Shown here: positions 1 through 11,856 of the stretch, piece by piece | Position numbering within the stretch: position 1 is the stretch's first letter | How the letters are laid out: each line of letters begins with the position of its first letter | Source: the human T2T-CHM13v2.0 reference genome, Homo sapiens | DNA length: 64,000 nucleotides | NCBI RefSeq assembly: GCF_009914755.1 | Contig: NC_060927.1 | Strand: one strand, 5' to 3' | Made by a program: the position numbers and the translations under genes | The notes under the pieces: model-generated | Database searches by the model: none | The model's input: only the letters and a program-made list of their open reading frames with translations | Told to the model about the DNA's origin: nothing

Positions 1-974
1 GGGCCTGGCTCAGAGGGGCCTTTGATGCACACGATCCTGAATCCTCGGGAATGTTATCCAGGCCTTGATGAAAGTTGATTCCATGGTAAAATATAGGGTG
101 AATTAGAAAGGGTTTGTGACAATACATCCTCTGCAGACATGACCACACTACTTATTCCTTAGGTGCAGCCACTTACCTGGTTTTACCTGAGGACCCCATG
201 CTACGTATACCATGGGTTTGGTCCACCCCCAGTAGGAAGTATGTGAGCACCGTCAGGTTAGGCTAGAAATTATCTTTATGATCCTGTTGACCTGTGCTTG
301 ATATTATTTCTGTCTGGCTACCTTGGTTCTGACTTGGTACCTGTTCTGATATCTGGGTTCTGCTTGCCACTCAACCTCTGTTGGACATATCTGGATCTCT
401 GACTCAATCTTATTCCGCCCTCCAATTCTTCTCTAACCCTTCTCATCAAAGTGCCAAGGGTCAGACTCAGCTGTAGTTAATGGCAAAGATGACCCAGAAA
501 TGCCCTGAAAGGCATTGGAATTGATTTCTTAAACATCTTCATCAGTGATCATTTACACCATTAGTATGTGCTGTATTTAGCTGTTTAATTTAATATGTGT
601 AATTAAATAAAAAGGAAGAATGGAAAATTTGTAGCCAACTTCTCAAAGAGTTAGGAATACCTAAGGTGCCATCTTTCTTCATCAGATCTATTGAACCCTT
701 TTGAGCCACTACAGCCACTGCTGTGGTCTGGCCAGTTGCCTTAACATAGCATAACCTATAAATTCATCATTCCTGCCTTCCTGCCTTGCACATGCAATTC
801 TCCTTTGTGATCCAAGTGTCTGTTCCCACCTCTGCAAATTCAGATCTGACAGGTCTGGCTCAGGCTTTGTCTATGGGTATCTCCCTGACCATATTATAAT
901 ACACTGCTTCCTCCTGGTTCCAAATTCCCATAGGAGATCAGTCTGTTTTATAAGCTCAATGTGCTAGGGTAGGG

Positions 975-1200
975 CTCTGTGGGAAAAGGAAAGGGCCTGG
1001 GTTGAATTTAGAATGACCTGGATTCAGATTCTGCCTCTAACGCTTACTAGTAGTGTGACTACAGACATGTTGCTTAAACCCTGTCTTCTCAACTGTGACC
1101 AGTGGATTATCACAGCACGTTTAACAAAAAGGTAATTGTTGCAAGGATCAAATGGGATAATCTATGCAAAGCAACCAGCAAGTGAATGGGCTCAGTAACT
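975..1200 (+). mobile_element. MIR SINE fragment
   Basis: Decayed MIR core: 'gacctggattcagattctgcctctaacgcttactag...ttgttgcaaggatcaaatgggataat...aaagc'. Ends approximate. Confidence 0.65.
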
Positions 1201-1389
1201 GTTTAAAAGCTCACAACAGTCTGAGTCACACGTTACACTCTGTTGATCCCAAGTTGCTTTGCGCATGCAAAGCTTGTATCTTCTCTGCCTTGAAAGTGCT
1301 AAGAAAATGCTTTTTAAATAAAATGAGGCTAAATGCTCCCCTCACTGCCACTTTCTCTGCCTTGCCACATAGGCACTTAACAGAACGTA

Positions 1390-1660
1390 AGTATTAACAC
1401 GCATTTACTGTTGAAAAACATTTTCTTAATTACACATTCTTAATTAACATTTCTTAATTACACTAATGATTCTTCATGCAAGACCCTGTGGGAGATGGGA
1501 AAAAGAATGTATTTTTCTAATTTTTCTGATGAAGAAACTGAGGTATCAATTAAGACTGTGCTCTTCAAATTATCACACAAAGGTGTAGTAAGTGTGGAAG
1601 AAGCACCAGTGTTCTGGTCCCCAGGCCATGTCTGATCCTCTTAGTTGCGCTGCCTCTCCA
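1390..1660 (-). mobile_element. MIR SINE fragment
   Basis: Antisense MIR core 'gatgaagaaactgaggtatcaattaag...atcacaca'. Ends approximate. Confidence 0.55.
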
Positions 1661-2426
1661 ATTAACTTCTCTGTGTGCTCATCAGCTCTGGTCACCATGA
1701 TTCAGGAGACTTGAGCACTCACACTGTGGGGTTTTCAGATCTTGTAGACCTGCTCTGCACTGCCCTGGGGCAGGAACCCCACCATCTTGGTGGCCAACTG
1801 TATTACATTGGACAAGCTGTGGCCATCCTTGGGCAGGTTACAGAGAGCAGAGAAGGACAAGAAATGGAGGCACCACAGGACTGAGCCATAACCATGCCCT
1901 GACGAAGCTGCTGAAGACACACAGTCCCTTTTCTTGGAGGCTTTCCTTCCCTAATGCCACGGGCCCAACCTCCTCTACTGTCTTCTATTCTTCTTCCTCT
2001 TTCACCCATTTAAGGTGACATTTAATTATTTCCCACCTATTTCTTTCTTGATAATTACAAACAACATTGTGATGATTATTCTTATAATTAGATATCTGTG
2101 CATATTTAAACTATTTTTTAGATAGCAAAATTTTCCACCTACATTGTGTTCCATTCCCATAGGGAACGGGGCATAGTTCTGGGACAAGAATGTTCAGCAT
2201 GTTTGGTCTTGTGGATAAAAGCATGCTGAGGACGACAAGAAGTGTGCATGGCAGGACTGAGACCAATACTCAGGTCTGGTCAAAGGATCTACATCCCGCA
2301 CAGGGTGCAGTGAAGACCAAGATCCACGTTCAGAAAAAAATACCACTCCTTCACCCTCCGCTCCCACATGAAGGCTGTAGGAACTCAGGGAATTGTGGAA
2401 GAAGAGAAGAGAAAGAGGAGGGAGGA

Positions 2427-2883
2427 TGTATTAGCTTTTTATTGTTGTTGTAAAAAATTTTGTGGCTTAAAACCACAAACTTAGTGGCAAGACAAATTTA
2501 TTCTGTTATAGTTATAGTGGTCAGAAGTCTAAAATAAAGTATTGATATGGTTGTATTCTTTTTGAAAGCTTCAGGAGAAAATCAGTTTGTCTCTTCCAGT
2601 TTCTAGGGGTCACATGCATTCTTTGGCTCATGGGACATCACTCTAGCTTCTGGTTCTACCCTTACGTTTTCTTTAACTTTGAGCTTCCTACTTCTCTTTA
2701 ATAAAGACTTATATAATTACAGTAGGCCCACCTATATGCTGCAGAATAACCCTCCCCCACCACAAGATCTTTAATTTAATCATATATGCAAAATTCCTTT
2801 TGTCATATAAGGTAATATATTCACGTGGTCTGGGGATTAGGACATGGATACCTTTGAGGGGGGCTATTATTTAACCTACCACA
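2427..2883 (-). mobile_element. MaLR LTR (MLT1C/D-like), 3' LTR of a minus-strand provirus
   Basis: Begins 'tgtattag' and ends 'cctaccaca' (TG...CA termini). Contains MLT1 motifs 'cacaaacttagtggc' and 'gattaggacatggatacctttg'. Confidence 0.8.
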
Positions 2884-3523
2884 GCGCACCCTCTGGTCAC
2901 CCAAAATTAATATCCATTCCACACTCAAAAGACATTCACCTCATCCCAGCATCCCCTAAAGTTTCAACCCATTACAGCATCCACTCAAAGTTCAAAATCT
3001 TACCTAAATATTGTTAGCTAAAAAGCTTCAAATCTCATCATCTAAATCATTTAAATCAGGTATGGGTGAGGCACCAAGTGTGATCCACCCTGGATCAAAA
3101 TTTCTCTCTACCTGTGGGCTTATGTAACTAGAGAACAAGTTATCTGCTCCCTAAATACAACAGTGGAACAGTCCTAGGATACCAGTTGCAGACATTCTCT
3201 TTCAAAAAGGAAAAAAAATGAAAAGATGGAATGAGTCACTGGTCCCAAGAAATTTTGAAATCCAACCAGAAAAACTCTAGTCTGTTTTAAAACCTGGGAA
3301 TAATCCTCTTTGATTTGATGTTCTGCCCTGCAGGCCCTCAGCTCTGCCCTCTGAGTTATTCTTCCTTTTTCTGAGGGTAGCATATGTTTGTAATTGACCA
3401 GTTTTTTTTTTTTTGTGACTTTTTAAATCGTTTATTCAAAAATACTACTGCATATCAGTACAAGTTGGAAAGAGGCTTAAAAAATTCATACATTTCTGCC
3501 TTTGAAGCATTCACAATTTAGAA

Positions 3524-3713
3524 CAGTATTGTCCAGTAGAATTTTCTGCAATTAACAGAAATGTTCTTTGTACTGTCTAATATAAGTAGCTGTTGGGCAC
3601 TAAGAATATAGTTAGTGTGAGTGAATAATACAATTTTACATTTAATTTTATTTTAATTAATTAAAATAACAGTAGCCACACATGGCTATTAGCTATTGTA
3701 GTTGAAAAGATGC
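3524..3713. mobile_element. MER3-like hAT-Charlie DNA transposon inside the transduced segment
   Basis: 'cagtattgtccagtagaattttctgcaat...gtagccacacatggcta' resembles MER3/MER33 termini and core. Confidence 0.65.
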
Positions 3714-4019
3714 ACATGGAAATAAATAATTACAATGCACTAGTGCTGGGGAAGCAGAGAGAATGGAGATATTAACTTTTTTCATAAAAAACCTCCAAGA
3801 GGAGATACATGTTGGGCAAAGTCTTACGTATAGGTAGAAATTCATTCTAGAAGGAAGAGCATTGCAGGCAGAGGACACTGCAGTGGCAAAGGCATAGCGT
3901 TATGATGGGCTTGGCATTTTAAGGGAGGTGCAGTGTAAAGAGATAGAAAAAAAAACCCACTTGAAGAAAAGAAAAAAAAAACAGGCAAAGCTCATTTCCC
4001 ATCAAGAAAGATGGGCAGA

Positions 4020-4348
<329 letters not shown>

Positions 4349-4488
4349 CTATTATTTTAAAAACCAAAGAAGAAAGATGGGCAAAATACATAAAGATTTG
4401 GTGAACAAATCCAGGAATATTAAGATGTGTAGAAAGGAGTCATCTGGGTACATCTCTAAGGGCATAGTGTCAGACTTCAGATAGTAAC

Positions 4489-6048
4489 TTTCTTTTTTTT
4501 TTGTACTTTTTTTTTTTTTTTTTTTTTATTGATCATTCTTGGGTGTTTCTTGCAGAGGGGGATTTGGCAGGGTCATAGGACAATAGTGGAGGGAAGGTCA
4601 GCAGATAAACAAGTGAACAAAGGTCTCTGGTTTTCCTAGGTAGAGGACCCTGCGGCCTTCCGCAGTGTTTGTGTCCCTGGGTACTTGAGATTAGGGAGTG
4701 GTGATGACTCTTAACGAGCATGCTGCCTTCAAGCATCTGTTTAACAAAGCACATCTTGCACCGCCCTTAATCCATTTAACCCTGAGTGGACACAGCACAT
4801 GTTTCAGAGAGCACAGGGTTGGGGATAAGGTCATAGATTAACAGGATCCCAAGGCAGAAGAAATTTTCTTAGTACAGAACAAAATGAAAAGTCTCCCATG
4901 TCTACTTCTTTCTACGCAGACACAGCAACCATCCGATTTCTCAATCTTTTCCCCACCTTTCCCCCTTTTCTATTCCACAAAACCGCCATTGTCATCATGG
5001 CCTGTTCTCAATGAGCTGTTGGGTACACCTCCCAGATGGGGTGGTGGCCGGGCAGAGGGGCGCCTCACTTCCCAGTAGGGGCGGCCGGGCAGAGGCGCCC
5101 CCCACCTCCCAGACGGGCTGGCTGGCCGGGCGGGGGGCTGACCCCCCACCTCCCTCCCGGACGGGGCGGCTGGCTGGGCGCGGGGCTGACCCCCACCTCC
5201 CTCCCGGACGGGGTGGCTGCTGGGCAGAGACGCTCCTCACTTCCCAGACGGGGCGGCTGCCGGGCGGAGGGTCTCCTCACTTCTCAGACGGGGTGGCCAG
5301 GCAGAGACGCTCTTCACCTCCCAGACGGGGCGGCGGGGCAGAGGCGCTCCCCACATCTCAGACGATGGGCGGCCGGGCAGAGACGCTCCTCACTTCCTAG
5401 ATGGGATGGCGGCCGGGCAGAGATGCTCCTCACTTTCCAGACTGGGCAGCCAGGCAGAGGGGCTCCTCATATCCCAGATGATGGGCGGCCAGGCAGAGAC
5501 GCTCCTCACTTCCCAGACGGGGTGGCGGCCGGGCAGAGGCTGTAATCTCGGCACTTTGGGAGGCCAAGGCAGGCGGCTGGGAGGTGGAGGTTGTAGCGAG
5601 CCGAGATCATGCCACTGCACTCCAGCCTGGGCACCATTGAGCACTGAGTGAACGAGACTCCGTCTGCAATCCCGGCACCTCGGGAGGCCGAGGCTGGCTG
5701 ATCACTCGCGGTTAGGAGCTGGAGACCAGCCCGGCCAACACAGCGAAACCCCGTCTCCACTAAAAAAATACGAAAACCAGTCAGGCGTGGCGGCGTGCGC
5801 CTGCAATCGCAGGCACTCGGCAGGCTGAGGCAGGAGAATCAGGCAGGGAGGTTGCAGTGAGCCGAGATGGCAGCAGTACAGTCCAGCTTCGGCTCGGCAT
5901 CAGAGGGAGACCGTGGAAAGAGAGGGAGTGGAAAGAGAGGGAGAGGGAGACCGTGGGGAGATGGGCGACGGGAGATGGGAGACGGGAGAGGGAGAGGGAG
6001 ACCATGGGTAGACGGGAGACGGGAGACGGGAGACGGGAGAGGGAGAGG
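4489..6048 (-). mobile_element. SVA retrotransposon (SVA_D-like, possibly C), full-length body
   Basis: Read on the + strand: poly(T), SINE-R (about 4525-5020), GC-rich VNTR (about 5020-5540), Alu-like domain (about 5540-5900), and a (CCCTCT)/(CCCGTCT) head (about 5900-6048). Confidence 0.97.
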
Positions 6049-7044
6049 GTAATTGACCAGTTTTATTGGCCTGTTTCCCACCTGTAGAATTTTGGGCATG
6101 TAAAAACTTTCATTTATTTCATCCTCTCTCAGTCCTTTCAGTCCAAACTGGCAGTATTTTTGCTGATGTAACATTCTCAAAAGCCTTGTGGCTCTCTTGT
6201 GTGAATTGTCATGTTACAGCAGTTCTCCCTAGTAGACCAAGTGTTCCTCCACAGATCATTTCTGGTTAATCTCAACTCTATTTCTGGCTCCTAATGAAAT
6301 GGCTGAGGGGGTCCATGATTCACATTCTGAATTTCATCAAAGATTCCTCTTATAGTTACTTTTTGTTTGTTTGGGGGTGTGAGAAAAGGATTGTCTAGCC
6401 TCACCATTGGCTTTTCCTCCAGAGCATACTTTCCTGATAGTGAATCTCATAATTGTCTTGCAAACTGTACAGGCTAAGAATTTCCCCAATAGTCAAGTCC
6501 TAGTTTCTTTTTCTAAACAGTTCTTCCCTCAATTTTTCTCTTTTCTCTCACACTTCACTATAGGAAACAAGAAGAAACTAGGTCATACTTTCAATACATT
6601 TTTGGAAATCCCCTCAACTAAATATCAAAATTCATTACTTAACAAGTTCTGCTTCTCACATAATGATAGGGTACAATTCAGCTAAGCTTTGTCACTGTGA
6701 AATGAGAATCTCCTTCTTTCCAATTTCCAACAAGATGTTCTTCATTTCCTTCTGAGCCCTCCAGCAGCACCTTTAACATTCATATTTCTACCAACATTCC
6801 ATTTGTGATGATTTAGGTATTCTCTAAGATGATACAGGTTTTCTCTACCATGTTCCTCATTTCCTTCTGAACCCTTGGTGGCAGAGTCCTTAGTACCCAA
6901 ATTTCTACCTACAGTTTCTTCAAGGAAACCTAGCTGTTTTCTATCACGGGCCTCAAAATTCTTTCATCTTATGCCCATTGCTCAATTCCAAAGCCTCTTC
7001 TACATTTTAATGCGTTTGTTACAACAGCACCCCACTTCCAGGTA

Positions 7045-7220
7045 TGTATGAGTTTCCTAATGCTGTTGTAACAAATTACCACAAACTTAGTGGCTTAAAA
7101 CAACACAGATTTATTCTCTTAAAGTTCTGGAGGCCAGAAGTCTAAAATCAAGGTATTGGAAGGACTGTGCAACTTCTGGAGGCTTCAGGGAAGAATCTGT
7201 TTCCAGTTTATAGAGTCTAC
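7045..7220 (-). mobile_element. MaLR MLT1 LTR, partial 5' LTR of the same provirus
   Basis: 'tgtatgagtttcctaatgctgttgtaacaaattaccacaaacttagtggcttaaaacaac...ggaggccagaagtctaaaatcaagg' is homologous to the LTR at 2427. Confidence 0.8.
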
Positions 7221-7729
7221 CAGCAGAAGGGAATCCTAAATTTGATGAATTTTCCCCTAAAAGAGTTGAGTTTTAAATTGGAAGTCACTGGTACCTTGAA
7301 TTGGCAGGTGTAATTTTCCCTTTACTGAATGTGAGGGCTAGAAGCTACGTTAAAATATAGATAAATGAAGAAGGCTACATTATTATACAACTTATTTCCC
7401 TTATTCTTGTGACTTTAAAAAAATCTGCTGCATACATACTGTCAAACTGTCCTCCAGAAAGATTGTACTAATTGGTGCTTTTTGCAATTGTGAGTACCCC
7501 TTTCTTTTGAATCTTGCAAAAATTAACTGCTATTTTTATTCTTTCTTTACTTTTGGCAGTTTGAAAAGGAAAAATGATACGTCATTGTTGCTATAATTAG
7601 CATTTATTGAATTACAAGTGAAATTATTTCTTTCATAGGCATTTGAAATATTTTTGAGTATGATAGATATTTCCTAGTTACTCTGTCTTCTCTGCTCCTA
7701 TAAAGCTTTGTACGTATCTTTGTTATTGG

Positions 7730-8090
7730 TAGAGACGGCAATTTTTCTCCAAATTCTGTTCTCTCCCTCTTCTTTGGCAACAGGTCTGTGGCAGAGCATG
7801 TGGGTGGCCAGGGACACTATATTTCCCAGATTCCTTGTGGGAAGGTATGGCTGTGTGGCTAAATTCTTTCCAGTGGATGTGAGTGGAAGTGATACATGCC
7901 ACTTCTAGGCCTGGCCTATGAAATCTCCTATGAAATAGCAACCACAGTGACGTGGTGGCTATATGTTGAAGATGGCAGACTCTTGTTAGTAGCATAGTGG
8001 AGGACCACCTGCTCTGGACTATTAGATAAACAAAATTTTGCTTCTGTTTTGCTTGAGTCAACTGTGGTTTACTTTAACATAACATACAGT
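7730..8090 (+). mobile_element. Old MaLR LTR (MLT1J-like)
   Basis: Motif 'atttcccagattccttg...ggatgtgagtggaagtgatacatgccacttctaggcctggcc'. Confidence 0.55.
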
Positions 8091-8791
8091 TGTAATACAT
8101 TTAACTCTTTATTTACTTAATCAAGTTTTCCACCTTCATTGAGCTATGAGTGGAATTCTTGCTTTAGTCATCTCTGTAGCCCCATGGCACAGAGTAAGTT
8201 TCCAATAAACGGAATGAATGAATGAATGAATGAGTTGCACATTTACTTGAAAAGATGCTTGCTGCTTCTAGTTCAATTCTCAGAGATATTGTTTGTTCCA
8301 TTACCTGGGGGAAAAAGGGAAACTATACATGTGAAATACATGTTAACACTCAAGTCAATTCCAAGACATGTTTCCACTTATAAAATGTGATCTATTTTCT
8401 AACCTGATTAAGTCAGAGATCAGAAGGTGCTGATTTTACAGTCTTCTGACCTCTCAGGTGATGAGGAAGAAAACGACTCAGAATGATTGTTTATCATGGT
8501 GTAACCATTACCACTTCAAACTGAATTCATGTGAAACTTCAGGCCTCCTACCTGGAGGAGAGTAACTTTTTATCCCATACTGGAAGTTAAATGGGCCCAG
8601 TGAGATCCAAAGAGCTTAACAAATCCTCCGCTTTGTCACAGTGAAGACCTTTGCCTAATGCAAGGTCTTATCCTGCAGATTGCTTGGGGCCAGAAGATAG
8701 CCTGGTTAATCTAAGCTGCTCCTACTTCCCTACGGTGTTCACTGAACTGGGTTTTTTTGGTCTGTGAATAAAATGGACCAGATCTGGGTTG

Positions 8792-8805
8792 GTTGCCATG
8801 GTGAC
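8792..8805. promoter_or_regulatory. Candidate RFX X-box
   Basis: GTTGCCATGGTGAC matches the palindromic X-box GTTGCCATGGCAAC at 12/14 positions. Motif evidence only. Confidence 0.35.
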
Positions 8806-9499
8806 TGTATCAGGAGCCTTTGGGCCCTCTATCTTCCACTGCTGACAGCTCCTGTGCAATGAACCCCCTGTGGGGTGTGGGTGCCTCAATCCACAATCTT
8901 ACACAATCACCTTTCCAAGAAGGTAAAGTTCATTATGAAAAGACAGGTCAGTTTGTAATGGAAATGGGTTCCTGGTTACCTCTTCTGGTACATGGCTCTA
9001 TGGTCACATGCGGCATTCCTAGATTATGATTTTAGGAACCCTCATAAATTAGCTCTTCAATCAAAACCCCTCTTCACTAGGGATAGCAGCCTTTGACTTC
9101 CCCATCTTCTTCAGCCAGGAGCAGTCAAGGCTTTCTGGGACTAGAATTTATTATTCCTTAAGTAGGCTTAAAGTATAAGTCTAGCCACATGGAGGCAAAT
9201 CCCTTCCTATTGGGCTCAAGGGCAGTATCTTTTCAGCTGTCCTTTGGTTAGAAATGTGGCTTGGTTCCTTGGCTCCTTTTCAGCATTCAACCTTTTGCTC
9301 ACCAAGGGCACTCTGGATGTGTGTCCAGGGCTATTGGCTCAGCCTTCTTGCACTGAGGGATGGCCTCGCTCAAAATGGTGGTCTGAGGAAGGTGAAATTC
9401 GCACTGTTGATCTAGGTTAAAGTATCATGAGAGTTCTATTCAATCTTCCCTTCCCAAATAGTAGCCATGTTTCTGTATGTCTGAATGTCTATATAATAT

Positions 9500-10285
9500 T
9501 AATTAAGTAGTAACCATTTATGTGCCATATGCTGTCTCAAATTCAATTCTTTTTTCTACGTGGCATACCAAATTTCATATTTTCAAAATTAAACTTGGTC
9601 ACATCTGTCTGGACTACTTTAGAACAACCTAACTGGTCCATCCATATCCACTCTTGCCCCTCCAATTCATTCTCCACACAGAAGCTGGAAGAGCTTCTGA
9701 AATGCACATGCGATTATGTCACAGTCTGAATGCCTCCCAGGGGCCTCCCCTTACTCTTGGGTCAAGGACGTGGCTGGCAGAGTCCCAACGCCCTTTTCAC
9801 TTTGTGTTGCACACGCTACCTTTTGTCTCTGCTCCAGCCACACTGGCCTGCTTTTGGTTAACTCTCTGCACTGGGCTCATTTCTGCAACAGGGCCTTTGC
9901 CCAGGCTTCCTCCACCCCACTGCCGTTGCAACTGGTTTCTCTTGCTTCTCTCTTTATCTACTTTTCTCTTAGACAGTAGACAGCTCTCAGATCTCTAAGT
10001 GTTACTTTTTTAGGGATGCCTTTCCTGACCCCTAGACTAGGTGAGGTTTCCCTACTACATGCTTTCATGGCATTTAGGGGTACATGTTTCACAGGATTCA
10101 TATCTGTAGGTAATTACATACTAATTGTGTGATTATTTCCTCAATGTCTGTCTCCCATACTAGATTGTGAGGTCCACAGAACACAGTCTGGGTCTGTGAT
10201 CATTCATCATTCTATCTCTGTATCTAACACTGTGCCTGGAACACAGTAGGTGCACAATAAATGTCTATTGAATAAGTACATGAAT
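9500..10285 (+). mobile_element. L2 LINE 3' fragment
   Basis: L2 3' end 'tgcctggaacacagtaggtgcacaataaatgtctattgaat' with upstream L2-like 'ccaattcattctccacacag'. Confidence 0.7.
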
Positions 10286-11599
10286 CTTCATAATCACTGG
10301 CAAGGTAGAGATTATTATACTAATTTTACAGATTGAACAGATTTAGGGCAAAATCTCTCAATCTCCATTGACTACTGATTAAAAGTCTCAAAAATTTGTT
10401 ACACTGATCTTAAAGCCTGAGGACCAATATTTGAGAATTTATATTTCAATTCTGTTTATGAGTTTGCGTGATTTAGGGGCCATCAGGAGCTAGGGGCATT
10501 TGGGAATGTGCAGAGGGAGGTCATCAGAGGTTACAGAGGACTAACCTTCTGTTCTAGGAAGGCAAAAGGTTTCAATTTTCCTCCACAGCCTGACATAGTA
10601 CCTCATTATTTAAAAAACAATTCTCTCATTCATACGCATCCTCCACACCTGCCTCCCAATGATTTTCAGTGAGGGTAGGCACCTCTTTTCTGAGCTCCCA
10701 TAGTGCCTATGTTTACCACTGTCTGAGCACTTCATAGTGGGCTTCTTATAATTAATTTTTCATGTTGTATTTATTACAATTGTGTTGTGACTTTCCTACT
10801 ATTCTGCAAACTTCCCTTTTTACACTCACACCTCTGTGGCAAAGGCACTGGTACACAGTGCTTGGCATCCATTTTTGTAGTTCTTAACTCCATCTGCACA
10901 TAAGATTCAGATTGGTGGCTGTTAATGGATCTCAAAGTCTGAGTTTTGGGTCAATTGGCTTGGTGTGGGGCCCAGAGCTTAGCAATTTTTCAAATCTCAC
11001 AGATGATTTGAAATGTGCAGCCAAGTCTGTGAATCTTTAGAGTAGATACTCAATAAGCATTTATTGAAGTGAACTAAGTGGAATCATCTTTTTGTGTGTG
11101 GGTGCATACGAGCAGTATTGGGGTAGAATTAGCCTTGGAACTGGGAAACTCCTGTGCTGTTCCCCTCTCGCCTAGTGAACCTTGTAGATTCTGAAGATCA
11201 GGATAGACTTAGGGTTGGAGGGCTGCCAGAGACAAAGCTGAGCAACGTCATGGTTGTTAACAGAGACCTATTTCCCAGCTTTAATGTGGGCTGAACATGA
11301 GAGCAGCAAGTCAGTAATTTATCTGCTTTCCATTGCCAAATGTAGCAACAGGAACATTTTATCCTGATTCTGCATGCTATTTGGAAGTCCAAATCAATTA
11401 ATTTATCTTGGGTTTTGCAGATGGTGCATTGACTTTTATTCACTTATCAATTCATTTACTCCCTCAATAAGTACTGGCATTATGGGCACAGCACAATGCC
11501 ACCTCTGGGGTCACATGAAGGAGATGTTATACAGGTGCCCTGAATAACTTAGAATCCAGCTGGGTAGACAATATATGCATATCAGACATGAGTGGCTGT

Positions 11600-11856
11600 A
11601 CATTTTGCTATTAAGAGGGCAGGATTTGGGCCAGACAACCTGGTGGATTGCCTGGCCCATTATTTATTAGATGTGGACCCTGGGAAGGTTATTTTAGCTC
11701 TCTAAACCTCAGTTTCCTCATATGAACATTTCTCTTCTGTGAATGATAATAAAAACTACATCATAGGGTTGCTGTGAGGACTAAATGAGGTCATTCCTGT
11801 AAAGCTTTTAGTATAGTGCCTGGCACATGGTAAAAATTAAAGTGTTAGCTATTATT
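11600..11856 (+). mobile_element. MIR SINE
   Basis: 'ctctctaaacctcagtttcctcat...tcatagggttgctgtgaggactaaatgag...gtgcctggcacatggt...gttagctattatta'. Confidence 0.8.

Noticed and set aside
1675-2009. Possible minus-strand exon or pseudogene fragment (GC-richer block, GTGAGT donor-like site near 1718-1723)
   Set aside because: No recognisable protein similarity in any frame and no clear acceptor or partner exons. A lncRNA exon cannot be excluded without transcript data.
5020-5540. Regularly spaced repeats resembling a CRISPR array or a CpG-island promoter
   Set aside because: This is the SVA VNTR: tandem degenerate units without unique spacers, in a eukaryotic context with no cas genes.
4533-6180. 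Cluster of overlapping 70-170 aa ORFs
   Set aside because: All lie in the GC-rich SVA SINE-R, VNTR, Alu-like and hexamer domains, where stop-poor frames are expected. They are not genes.
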